A stretch of DNA of 64,000 nt from an uncultured Acidobacteriaceae bacterium (GTDB lineage Bacteria; Acidobacteriota; Terriglobia; Terriglobales; Acidobacteriaceae): the NCBI GenBank assembly GCA_964437985.1, contig CAYTIL010000025.1, positions 58,669 to 122,668 on the forward strand, in the 5' to 3' direction. The translations under genes and the position numbers were made by a program. Positions 26,165-35,066 of the stretch are shown in pieces (position 1 is the stretch's first letter; every line of letters begins with the position of its first letter). Below the pieces are notes generated by a model. It worked only from the letters and a program-made list of their open reading frames with translations. It ran no database searches and was not told where the DNA came from.

Positions 26165-27922
26165 TCAAGCTTCCTTGCTCTGCTGCCCGTACACTCGCTC
26201 CCCCGGAGGCCAGCGCGTAATGGTGACCGGCAGATACTCGACGCGTGCCGAGCCGTCGGCATTGCGGTAAACCAGCGAGTGCGTCAAGTAATTGGCGTCG
26301 TCGCGCTTCGGAAAATCGGTACGCTGATGGGCGCCGCGGGATTCCTTGCGCTCCAGCGCGCTGCGGACAATGCACTCCGCCACGTCCAGCATGAACCCCA
26401 GCTCCAGCGCTGCTGGGAGTTCGGTGTTGAAGGTGCGGCTGGCGTCGTCGAGCATCACGTTGTGGTAGCGCTGCTGGAGTTCGCTGAGCGTCGCCGCCGC
26501 CTCGGCCAGGGAACTCCCGGTGCGGTAGATGCCCGCGCCCTGCTCGAGGGCTGACTGCATCTCTTCGCGAAGGGTGGCGATACGCTCCTTGCCTCCCTGC
26601 TTGAACAGATACTCCTGCTCGAGGCGCCGCTTCTCGTCATTGGCCTGGGCCTCGATGTGCGCTCCATGCCCCTGCTGCTCGGAAGCAAACTGCGCGGCGG
26701 CGCGGCCGGCCCGGGCGCCGAAGACCAGCAGCTCGGGCAGCGAGTTCGACCCCAGGCGGTTGGCACCGTTGATGGAGACGCACGCCACCTCGCCCGCAGC
26801 ATAAAGCCCGGCCAGCGGCGTGGCCCCGTGGATGTCGGTGGAAACGCCGCCCATCATGTAATGCGCTACCGGCCGCACCGGGATGAGCTCGCGCACCGGA
26901 TCAATGTTCTGGTACTTCAGGCAGAGTTCGCGGACGAACGGCAGCTTGGCGTTGATGAGCTTTTCGCCCAAATGGCGCAGGTCCAGGTGGACCACGGGGC
27001 CGTAGGGGGTCTCGATGGTGCGGCCCTTCTCCTGCTCTTTGACGAAGGCCTGCGACAAGCGATCGCGCGGGCCCAGTTCCATGGAGCGCAGCACCGGCGT
27101 GGGCTGCGGCGTGCCCAGGTTGTAATCCTGCAGGTAGCGGTAGCCGTCTTTGTTGAGCATGTAGCCGCCTTCGGCGCGCGCGGCTTCGGTAATCAGGATT
27201 CCGGTGAACGGCAGGCCGGTGGGATGGTACTGCACGAACTCCATGTCTTTGAGCGGAGCGCCGGCACGATAGGCCAGCGCCATGCCGTCGCCGTTCTTGA
27301 TGTTGGCGTTGGTGGTGAAGGGAAACACTTTTCCGCAACCGCCGGTGCACAGGATGACGGACTTGGCGGTGATGGCCGCGATGCGTCCGGTAGCAATCTC
27401 AATGGCCACCACGCCCTGCACGCGTCCCTCGTCGATCAGAAGGCGGGTGGCGAACCACTCGTCGTAGCGGGCGATGGCGTTGTATTTGAGCGAGGTCTGA
27501 AACAGCGTGTGCAGCATGTGGAAGCCGGTCTTGTCGGCGGCGAACCAGGTGCGCATCTTCTTCATGCCGCCAAAAGCGCGCACCGCGATGTGGCCGTCGG
27601 GGTCGCGGCTCCACGGACATCCCCAGTGCTCGAGCTGCACCATTTCCTCCGGCGCCTCGCGACAGAAGGCTTCCACCGCGTCCTGGTCCGGGAGCCAGTC
27701 GCCGCCGGAGATGGTGTCGTAGCAGTGGTCGTCGAGCGAGTCGTCGGGCTTGACCACCGCAGCCGCGCCGCCTTCCGCCGATACCGTGTGGCTGCGCATG
27801 GGATAGACCTTCGACACCACGGCCACGCTGAGCTTGGGATTCACTTCGGCCACGGCAATGGCAGCGCGCAGGCCCGCGCCTCCGCCGCCAATCAGGAGTA
27901 CGTCGTGGGAGGAAATGTCCAT
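26165..27922 (-). CDS. frdA: Succinate dehydrogenase/fumarate reductase flavoprotein subunit
   Basis: FAD motif [17 protein letters not shown], the covalent-FAD His region ([10 protein letters not shown]), and the active-site HPTG and R…H…R regions. Confidence 0.9.
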   Translation of the reverse strand: MDISSHDVLLIGGGGAGLRAAIAVAEVNPKLSVAVVSKVYPMRSHTVSAEGGAAAVVKPDDSLDDHCYDTISGGDWLPDQDAVEAFCREAPEEMVQLEHWGCPWSRDPDGHIAVRAFGGMKKMRTWFAADKTGFHMLHTLFQTSLKYNAIARYDEWFATRLLIDEGRVQGVVAIEIATGRIAAITAKSVILCTGGCGKVFPFTTNANIKNGDGMALAYRAGAPLKDMEFVQYHPTGLPFTGILITEAARAEGGYMLNKDGYRYLQDYNLGTPQPTPVLRSMELGPRDRLSQAFVKEQEKGRTIETPYGPVVHLDLRHLGEKLINAKLPFVRELCLKYQNIDPVRELIPVRPVAHYMMGGVSTDIHGATPLAGLYAAGEVACVSINGANRLGSNSLPELLVFGARAGRAAAQFASEQQGHGAHIEAQANDEKRRLEQEYLFKQGGKERIATLREEMQSALEQGAGIYRTGSSLAEAAATLSELQQRYHNVMLDDASRTFNTELPAALELGFMLDVAECIVRSALERKESRGAHQRTDFPKRDDANYLTHSLVYRNADGSARVEYLPVTITRWPPGERVYGQQSKEA

Positions 27923-27982
27923 GCAGTGAGGGAAGGGAAAAACTATTCTGTGGCGTGCGCGATGTCAAGCGCATCGGCAGGG

Positions 27983-28867
27983 TTATGCGGCTGCGGCAGC
28001 CGCCCGGCGCTTGTGCTGGCGCAGCAAGGCGTGCAGCGACTCGGCAGCCAGGCCGTAGAGCATCAGGCGAAAGCCGGCCATGAGCGTGGACAGCGGAACC
28101 ATGGGGTGCTTATTGTTGACCAGCGCGATCTGTTCCGGAGCGCGCAGGATGCGGGCCACGTACAGGCCCACGGTCTCGTCCAGTTGCAGCGAATTCGAGG
28201 CGCGCCAGAAATCGTTATCGGTCAGGAAAAGCTGATAGAGCGGCGTGTAGAGCTCGATGGCGGTCTGCACGTCTATGAAGTTGCTCCAGCGGTTGGGGAA
28301 GTCCTCGATGGGGAAGGGTCCGTCGCTGATGGCATCGAAGTTGAAGCGCTCGGGCGTGTGCACGTCCAGCCCGGCTTCGCGCAGCTTGGTGTTCAGGCGG
28401 ATGACGAAGTTGAACAGGTTGAGGTCGTGCTTGAGGAAGAGGTCGTCCTTCACGCCTTCCAGCGAGCCGGGCTTGAGCGGATTTAGTTCCACTTCGATTT
28501 CCGGTGTGTTGGCGGCCACGAACGCCAGCACCTCCGACCCGATGTGGAAGTGGCGCAGGATGAGGAAGTTGGCCTCCGGGCTCACCCAGTACTTCAGTCC
28601 CCAGTAAATCAGGCGGTGCAGGATTTTCGAGGACGTGAAGCGGTTGGGGATGATGACCTTGAAGAGTTGAATCAGGATGATGGTCAGGCGCGCCAGCGGA
28701 CGCACCAGCGGCAGCAGAAACTGGCGAGAGCGCGAACGATTGCACAACAGCAGCGCGGCCTTGGCGTCGTCGTCGATGGGGATGCTGCGATCGAGGTACA
28801 GCGCCAGCCAGGGATCGGGGTCGCGCTGGTCGTAGGGGATCGAATCAAAGCGGTGCGCAAATTCCAT
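27983..28867 (-). CDS. Hypothetical protein
   Basis: 294 aa from MEFAHRFDS. No recognisable family. It lies downstream of, and probably co-transcribed with, the KASIII-HDO fusion gene. Confidence 0.5.
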   Translation of the reverse strand: MEFAHRFDSIPYDQRDPDPWLALYLDRSIPIDDDAKAALLLCNRSRSRQFLLPLVRPLARLTIILIQLFKVIIPNRFTSSKILHRLIYWGLKYWVSPEANFLILRHFHIGSEVLAFVAANTPEIEVELNPLKPGSLEGVKDDLFLKHDLNLFNFVIRLNTKLREAGLDVHTPERFNFDAISDGPFPIEDFPNRWSNFIDVQTAIELYTPLYQLFLTDNDFWRASNSLQLDETVGLYVARILRAPEQIALVNNKHPMVPLSTLMAGFRLMLYGLAAESLHALLRQHKRRAAAAAA

Positions 28868-28960
28868 GGCTGCTCCCCGTGAGAAGTGTCTCACGAACCT
28901 CCACCGTCCTGCTCACTTCGCAAATCACCCCATCGCAGATCGCCGATCACGATCGCCGAT

Positions 28961-30880
28961 CTAAGTGTTCCCCAGTTCCTCCAGTTGCAGGATGTATAAA
29001 CGCGCGGTGACGCGCGCCGTCTTCACGATGCGGTCCACCAGTTCCTTGGTCAGGATGCCGCTGGCCAGCGCCTCCTCCAGTTTGGCGAAGTGTTCTTCGT
29101 CGTTTTCACCGTGGTAGAGCAGGAAGGTCACCTGCTCGTTGCGCAAGTCGAGCTGCTCGCGGATCTTTTCTCCCCAGGGCCGGGCCAGGCGCATGCCCAA
29201 GCCTTCGATGATGAACATGGCGCCGATGAGGTCGAAGGGGTTCTCCTGGCCGGCGCGGTGGAACATCCATGCGGAAAGCGCCTCCGACCCGATGTTCTTC
29301 TCGCCGTGCTGGATGTCTTCCAACCGGCCGCCCACGGAGACGAAGTCGCGCTCCAGCATCTGAAAGTCGCGATGCTCTTCCTGGGCGTGCCCGATGAACA
29401 TGGAGCGCAGCGGAAAAGCGTCGGCGGTGATGTGCGACGCGGCGCGCGCGATCCAGCGCCCACCTTCCACCACCTGCTGGCGCAGGTTGAACAGCAACTC
29501 GCGGTAGTCCTCCACGCGCATTTTGCCGCGATTCATTTTGTCCACGATGGGGACGTGAGCCAGCCGGCCCTCGAAGTCCAGCCACACCTGCGCCAGGCGG
29601 CGCGTGAGCTCCGCCTGCAGGTCCGCAGTGTTGCGCGGCGGAGCGGGAGCTCCGGCGCCGCCCGAGCCGTTGGACTTCCCGGCCGCGGTTTCCGTCGCAG
29701 CCACGCCGCTGGGGTCGTGGTCGGCAGCCGTCACCACCGTCAGCAGCAGATAGGAAATCAGGAAGCGGCTGCTCTCCGGGACCATGCACAGAATCTTCTG
29801 CCCGGGCTGCAGGCGGCCTTCATTCATGAGTTCCTCGAGCATAATGAACAGCGACGCCGAGCCGGTGTTGCCCTTGGAGTAGAGGTTGGTAAACCATCGC
29901 TCTTCAGGGATCATGGCGCCGCCCTTGCGCAGCAGGTCGAAAATCTTGTCGCGGAAGATGTGCGACGAGTAGTGGCAGAGCATCCAGTCCACTTCCTGGG
30001 GACGGATTCGGCCGGCCTCGATCAGCTCGAAGTAGCGGCCTACGCCCAGCTTGACCACGTTGTCCAGCGCTTGCAGGTCCTGGCGCAGCAGGATGGCGCC
30101 GCTGGCGGCCGCGTCGCACACCGTGGGATAGCTCGACCAGGAGGTCAGGGCGCCGTCCTCACCCTTCACCGCGCCGGCGTACATGCAGACGTCGAGGCGG
30201 TTGGCGTAGGACACCAGATCAATCCACTCCACGCGCAACGAGAGTCCGCGCGCGTTGGGGCGCGACTCGAGCAGGGCGGCCCCCGCGCCATCGGAAAGCA
30301 TCCAGCGCAGAAACTCGGCGTCGAAGGGGATATGGCCGTCCTTCTGGTAGTCGCGCGTCCCCTCAAACAGGCCGGGACGAAAAAAGCGGCTGGCGAATTC
30401 GCTGGCACAGGCCACGGCGTTGTTGCGGTCTCCCGTGCGCACCCCCATCCAGGCGCTCTTCAGCGCCATCACTCCGCTGGTGCAGATGCCGTGCAGCGTG
30501 GCGATCTCGCAGGGCGGCAGCTTCAGCTCGCCGTGCACCATGCTGGCGAAACCGGGAGCCATCAGGTCTCCCTGGGAGGTGGCGGCAGCCAGATACTGCA
30601 CGTCGCGCAGGCCCAGCTCGGAGCGTTGCAGCGCGTCGCGCACGGCGTTGGCCGCGAGTTCGCAGTTGGTGTAGCGCGCGCGGCCCTCGCGATCAATGGC
30701 GTAGTGGCGGCTCTGGATGCCGTTTTGCTTCAGGATGCGGGCGCGCAGCCGCGAGGGCTTGCCTCCGATGCGCCCCAGGTGGTCTTCCATTTCGTCGTTG
30801 CCGACGGGATCCCCGGGCAGAAACTTCCCCAGGGCGGTGATGTATGCGGTGTTGCTCATGATGTCCTCCATCGTGGGCAT
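28961..30880 (-). CDS. FabH-like 3-oxoacyl-ACP synthase III fused to a C-terminal heme-oxygenase-like (iron-containing redox enzyme family) domain
   Basis: The N-terminal ~380 aa carry the KAS III catalytic triad (GICTSG Cys, CHYSSH His, KGNTGSAS Asn). The C-terminal ~230 aa (…DYRELLFNLRQQVVEGGRWIARAASHIT…EEHRDF…IIEGLG…) resemble the PF14518-type HO-like/diiron fold. The true start may be M8 (MSNTAYITALGKF). Confidence 0.7.
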   Translation of the reverse strand: MPTMEDIMSNTAYITALGKFLPGDPVGNDEMEDHLGRIGGKPSRLRARILKQNGIQSRHYAIDREGRARYTNCELAANAVRDALQRSELGLRDVQYLAAATSQGDLMAPGFASMVHGELKLPPCEIATLHGICTSGVMALKSAWMGVRTGDRNNAVACASEFASRFFRPGLFEGTRDYQKDGHIPFDAEFLRWMLSDGAGAALLESRPNARGLSLRVEWIDLVSYANRLDVCMYAGAVKGEDGALTSWSSYPTVCDAAASGAILLRQDLQALDNVVKLGVGRYFELIEAGRIRPQEVDWMLCHYSSHIFRDKIFDLLRKGGAMIPEERWFTNLYSKGNTGSASLFIMLEELMNEGRLQPGQKILCMVPESSRFLISYLLLTVVTAADHDPSGVAATETAAGKSNGSGGAGAPAPPRNTADLQAELTRRLAQVWLDFEGRLAHVPIVDKMNRGKMRVEDYRELLFNLRQQVVEGGRWIARAASHITADAFPLRSMFIGHAQEEHRDFQMLERDFVSVGGRLEDIQHGEKNIGSEALSAWMFHRAGQENPFDLIGAMFIIEGLGMRLARPWGEKIREQLDLRNEQVTFLLYHGENDEEHFAKLEEALASGILTKELVDRIVKTARVTARLYILQLEELGNT

Positions 30881-30940
30881 GATAGGCCGCCTCAGTTCGG
30901 AGCGCCACGAGGGTTGGGACAGCGTGGAAGGGTGTCACAA

Positions 30941-31025
30941 GTTACATCTGGTGACGTGGTCATCTGGTCAGGTGGTCATCTGAGGTTTTGAAGATGACCA
31001 GATGACTCGATGACCACATGACAAC
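30941..31025. repeat. Complex palindromic region: catctggtgacgtggtcatctggtcaggtggtcatctgagg-ttttg-aagatgaccagatgactcgatgaccacatgacaacatgg
   Basis: Tandem ggtcatctg units on the left are mirrored by cagatgacc units on the right around a tttt centre. It lies between the FAD-oxidoreductase stop and the KASIII-HDO start. Confidence 0.6.
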
Positions 31026-31029
31026 ATGG

Positions 31030-32316
31030 TTAGGCCTCGAACTGCCTTTTCTGGTTGATGAAAAAGGCGAGGTCCTTCGATTTGAAGCGCGCAAGGGTGA
31101 AAGACGGTTCCGGCTTCACTTCCCCGAGGACGGTGGCGGCGGCAAGTTCGCCGAGCGCGGGTCCGTGCTTGAAGCCGTGACCCGATCCTCCGCCCAGCAG
31201 CCACAGGTTCTGGGCTGCGGGATGGTGGTCGAGGATGAAGTGGCCGTCGCGCGAGTTCTCGTACTGGCAAACGCGGGCCTCGAGCAGCGGCGGGTCGCCC
31301 AGTGCCGGGAAGCGGGCGCGCAGGTAGCGGCGCGCCGCCGTGATGCCTTTTGCCGACGGCGTGCGGTCGCCGGTAGTGGGATCGAAGGCGCCGCCGTGGG
31401 AGTCGTCGGCGATCTTGAAGCCGCGCCCCTGGTTGCCGGGAACGCCGTAGAAAATGCGCACGCCGTTGTCAATCCAGGCCGGCATCGCGCCTTCGCTGAA
31501 GCGCGCGTCGCCCGGCGGTGTGCCGAAGAAGTAGACTTCCTGGCGCGTGGGCTGAATCAGTTTTCCCAGCACATCGGGGAAAAGTTTTTTCAGCCACGGC
31601 CCGCACGCGAACACGTATTGGTCGGCGGTGAGCGCGGAGCCGTCGGAGAGCATCAGTTGGGCCAGCTTCCCTGCCTGGATACCGCCGGGCGTGACTGCCA
31701 GTTCGCGATAGTCGCCGCCCTCGGCGCGGAATCCCTCCACCACCGCCTGGCAGGCCAGTCGCGCGGTGAGGTAACCGGCGTCTTTCTCGAAGATCGCCCA
31801 AGCGACACCCTCAAAGTTGATCTGCGGCCAGCGGCGGGCGGCGTCCGGCGCGCTGAGCTGGTCAAACTCCAGCTTGTTTTCGCGCAGCAGGGGCAGCGCG
31901 GCGCGTTCGTAACGATCGTCGTGGCCCGCCAGCCACAGCACCCCGGTGCGGTGGAAGAGCTTCCGCTGCCAGCGGGCTTCGTTCTCTTTCCACAGCGTGA
32001 GTGCGCGCGCCACCAGTTTGAAGTAGATGGCGTCCGGGCCGTAGATGGCGCGGATCACCCGGGTCTCGCCGCCGGAACTGGCGCGCGAATTGCCCGGCCC
32101 CCAGGCGTCGAGCAGCGTGACGCGCGCGCCCCGGCGCAGCAAGTGGAGCGCGGTCCATCCTCCAAAGGCCCCGGCGCCGACCACGGCTACGTGCATTCTT
32201 GCGCCTTCCGGCTTCGCGGCGTTCGCGGCGCCGGCCAAAGGCAGCGCTCCCAGCGATGCGGCGGAGAGCTGCAGAAACGAGCGCCGGGAGAAACCGACAC
32301 GCTTGCGGGTTGGCAT
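31030..32316 (-). CDS. FAD-dependent oxidoreductase (DAO family, glycine/D-amino-acid/sarcosine oxidase-like) with Tat signal
   Basis: Twin-arginine motif SRRSFLQLSAASLGAL. FAD motif VAVVGAGAFGGWTALHL. DAO-type C-terminal GHGFKHGPALG. Confidence 0.8.
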   Translation of the reverse strand: MPTRKRVGFSRRSFLQLSAASLGALPLAGAANAAKPEGARMHVAVVGAGAFGGWTALHLLRRGARVTLLDAWGPGNSRASSGGETRVIRAIYGPDAIYFKLVARALTLWKENEARWQRKLFHRTGVLWLAGHDDRYERAALPLLRENKLEFDQLSAPDAARRWPQINFEGVAWAIFEKDAGYLTARLACQAVVEGFRAEGGDYRELAVTPGGIQAGKLAQLMLSDGSALTADQYVFACGPWLKKLFPDVLGKLIQPTRQEVYFFGTPPGDARFSEGAMPAWIDNGVRIFYGVPGNQGRGFKIADDSHGGAFDPTTGDRTPSAKGITAARRYLRARFPALGDPPLLEARVCQYENSRDGHFILDHHPAAQNLWLLGGGSGHGFKHGPALGELAAATVLGEVKPEPSFTLARFKSKDLAFFINQKRQFEA

Positions 32317-32371
32317 TTTGGGATCACCGGATTCCTGGTTCTTCGCGCATGGGTTCGACGCCGAGGCCGAG

Positions 32372-35020
32372 CTACTTCTCGGCCAGCTTCTCCCAGTTGA
32401 GCACCAGGTTCAGGGGCGGCGCTGTGGCTTCTCCGGCGCGCTTCTGCACCAGAAAGCGCTTGCCATCGGGGGCCACATCGAACTGCGGCAAATTTGGATC
32501 CATGTCGAACAGCTCCCGCGCCGGCCCCAGCGAAAACTGGTCGGCATTAGGGATCTCCACTGTCCGCATCTTGTTTTCGCCCACGTAATAGAGCTCCTTT
32601 CCATCCGGACTCCATCGCGGCGAAACGCCTCCGCTGCTCGAAACCTGCCATCTTCCCCCGGGACCGGGGAAAGCGGTTACGTAGACTTCGAGCCTTCCCG
32701 ATTCACCAGAAGCGTAGGCCAGCCACCTGCCATTGGGCGAGAGCCGGGCGTCCAATTCCAGGAACGGCCCATTGACGATGGGTCGCGGCTTGGGCTCTCC
32801 CGTGAGGGACAGATGAAGAATGTCCCAGTCGTTCGTGACATCTTGCCGGCCCAGGATTACAGAGCGGCCGTCGCGCGTCCACTCATAGACTGCGAGGCCT
32901 GTGTCCGCCTCCATCAGTTTTTGCGCAGCTCCGCCCCCGGCGGCTGGCTGCCGCATCAGCGTACCGCTCCATCCCTTGCCCTCCGCCCAAATGATCTCTC
33001 TTCCGTCCGGCGAGAACACCGCGGATGCGGATTGGGTACGCAGGAAGGTAAGGCGCGAAGCCGCATTGCGTTCCACGTCCACCACCCAAAGATCGCCGGT
33101 TCCACCAGCTTCCCCGAGGAACGTGGCCAGCTTCTTGCCGTCCGGCGACAACCGCGGATCCGACAGGAAGCCGGGCGCTCCCACGCTTCCCAGCATCCTT
33201 CCGGCCCGATCCACCCACTGGTACTGCACTTGGGTGAACGGTTCCGGGCGGTACACCAGCGCGCCGCGTTCGCTGGCCGAGAAATTTCCGATATCGCGCT
33301 GGCTGAAGTATTCCACTTTCTCGGCAATGGCCACCGGGCTCCCGGAAACCGCCAGGTCCCGCAGGCTGAAGCCCTGGGCCACTAGGTTCCCATTCTTAAT
33401 GAACAGCAGGAAACCGCCCGCGTACTGGGCCACCGAGCCGGGAGAGAGCACCAACTTGGGCGCAGACCCGTCGAGAGACCCGGCGTAAAGATCGCCGACG
33501 GTCTCTTGCGCCGTGCCCCGCAAAATGAACACAAAGTGCTTGCCATCCGGCAGGAAACGCGGGAATCGGTGGCTCACTCCCTTTTCCGGCTGGGTGACAG
33601 CGCGCGGCGTGCCGCCTCCCTCCGGCACCTGGTAGAGCGCGTCGGCGATGTTGGGAGTGAATAGGATGACGCCCTCGGCGCCCCACGTGCCTCCCCGACC
33701 ATTAGGCGCGTCGCACAGGACCTCCACGGCTCCGCCCGAGGCGGCGATCTTCTTCAGCCGGCCGTCGGCAAAGAAGGCGAGAAAACGGCCGTCGAAAGAC
33801 CAGAAGGGAAACGCCGCTTCTTCGGTCCCGGCCAGAACCTGGGACTGGCCAGTAGCCAGGTCGCGCACCCACAAGGCCCTGCTCTTGCCGCTGAACCCGA
33901 GAAAAGCCAGCCGGTCGCCGCGGGGCGAAAGCGCGACGCTGCCGTTAACCACCCCACCGAATTCCTGCCCCGCCGGTGGATTGATGTCCGCCTTCACCAG
34001 TTGGGACGCCGTACCTGCCCGGCGCGCGTAGAAGCCCGTGGAAACCATCGCGGCCAGCGCCAGCACCCATCCGGTCACCGCCACTCCCACACGCGCCCAG
34101 CGACTGAGCCGTAGCGATCGAGCCGGGGTCGCAGGGGCAGCCCGCGAGCCGCTCTCCTCGATCCACTTCAGCTCGCGCATCACGTCGGCGGAGCTCTGCC
34201 AGCGCTCCTCCGGATCCTTGGCCAGGCAAACCTTGATTACGTGCTCCAGCGCCGCCGGCGCCAGAGGCTGAGCCGTGGTGATAGGCTCCGGCTCCTTTTC
34301 CAGAATCGCCGACGCCACCGAAAGCTGGCTTTTGCCCTCGAACGCGCGCTTCCCCGTGGCCATCTCGTAGAGCACCGCGCCCAAGGCGAAGATGTCGGAA
34401 CGGCCGTCCGCCTCCTTGCCCTCGATCTGCTCCGGCGACATGTACTGGAAGGTGCCCACGACAATACCCTTCTCCGTGATAGGACCGGTCGGACTGACCG
34501 GGCTCGGCGCCGTCACTGCCGACAGGCTGCTGGTGGTCGCCATCCTCGCGGGCTTGGCCAGGCCGAAGTCCACCAGCTTGGCGCCCGACTTGGTCAGGAC
34601 CACGTTTCCCGGCTTCAGGTCGCGATGGACCACACCCTGGCGATGCGCCCGCTCCAGCGCATCCGCCATTTCCATTCCGATTTTCAAGAGTTGAGGTGTG
34701 GGCAAGGGGCCGCGGAAGAGGCGCTGGGCCAGCGTCTCGCCTTCCAGGTACTCCATCACCAGGTAGTCGGTGCCGTCCTGGTGGCCCACGTCGTAGAGCG
34801 TGCAGATGTGCGGATGCTGCAGCGAGGAGATGGCCTTGGCTTCGCGCTCGAAGCGCTGCTTATGTTCGCTATTGGAGGAGAAATGCTCGGCGAGGACCTT
34901 GATGGCGACGATGCGCTCCAGGCGGGTGTCGCGGGCCTGATACACCTCGCCCATCCCGCCCGCACCAATGGGCGCGAGAATCTCATACGGCCCTAACGTG
35001 GTGCCGTTCGCGATCGCCAT
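32372..35020 (-). CDS. Serine/threonine protein kinase with C-terminal TolB-like beta-propeller repeats
   Basis: Hanks kinase motifs (GAGGMGEVY, VAIK, HRDLKPGNV, DFGLA, SPEQ), then a TM segment and repeated …SPDG(K/R)…F… propeller blades. Confidence 0.85.
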   Translation of the reverse strand: MAIANGTTLGPYEILAPIGAGGMGEVYQARDTRLERIVAIKVLAEHFSSNSEHKQRFEREAKAISSLQHPHICTLYDVGHQDGTDYLVMEYLEGETLAQRLFRGPLPTPQLLKIGMEMADALERAHRQGVVHRDLKPGNVVLTKSGAKLVDFGLAKPARMATTSSLSAVTAPSPVSPTGPITEKGIVVGTFQYMSPEQIEGKEADGRSDIFALGAVLYEMATGKRAFEGKSQLSVASAILEKEPEPITTAQPLAPAALEHVIKVCLAKDPEERWQSSADVMRELKWIEESGSRAAPATPARSLRLSRWARVGVAVTGWVLALAAMVSTGFYARRAGTASQLVKADINPPAGQEFGGVVNGSVALSPRGDRLAFLGFSGKSRALWVRDLATGQSQVLAGTEEAAFPFWSFDGRFLAFFADGRLKKIAASGGAVEVLCDAPNGRGGTWGAEGVILFTPNIADALYQVPEGGGTPRAVTQPEKGVSHRFPRFLPDGKHFVFILRGTAQETVGDLYAGSLDGSAPKLVLSPGSVAQYAGGFLLFIKNGNLVAQGFSLRDLAVSGSPVAIAEKVEYFSQRDIGNFSASERGALVYRPEPFTQVQYQWVDRAGRMLGSVGAPGFLSDPRLSPDGKKLATFLGEAGGTGDLWVVDVERNAASRLTFLRTQSASAVFSPDGREIIWAEGKGWSGTLMRQPAAGGGAAQKLMEADTGLAVYEWTRDGRSVILGRQDVTNDWDILHLSLTGEPKPRPIVNGPFLELDARLSPNGRWLAYASGESGRLEVYVTAFPGPGGRWQVSSSGGVSPRWSPDGKELYYVGENKMRTVEIPNADQFSLGPARELFDMDPNLPQFDVAPDGKRFLVQKRAGEATAPPLNLVLNWEKLAEK

Positions 35021-35066
35021 GCGCGGCCGCGATTATAGCTTAGGCTCCCCCGCGACACGCAGCCTT

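Noticed and set aside
26657-28486. 609 aa plus-strand ORF
   Set aside because: Antisense to frdA (FAD motif, His-flavinylation site) and to the 294 aa hypothetical gene. No motifs.
29090-30991. 633 aa plus-strand ORF
   Set aside because: Antisense to the FabH-like gene, whose catalytic triad is unambiguous.
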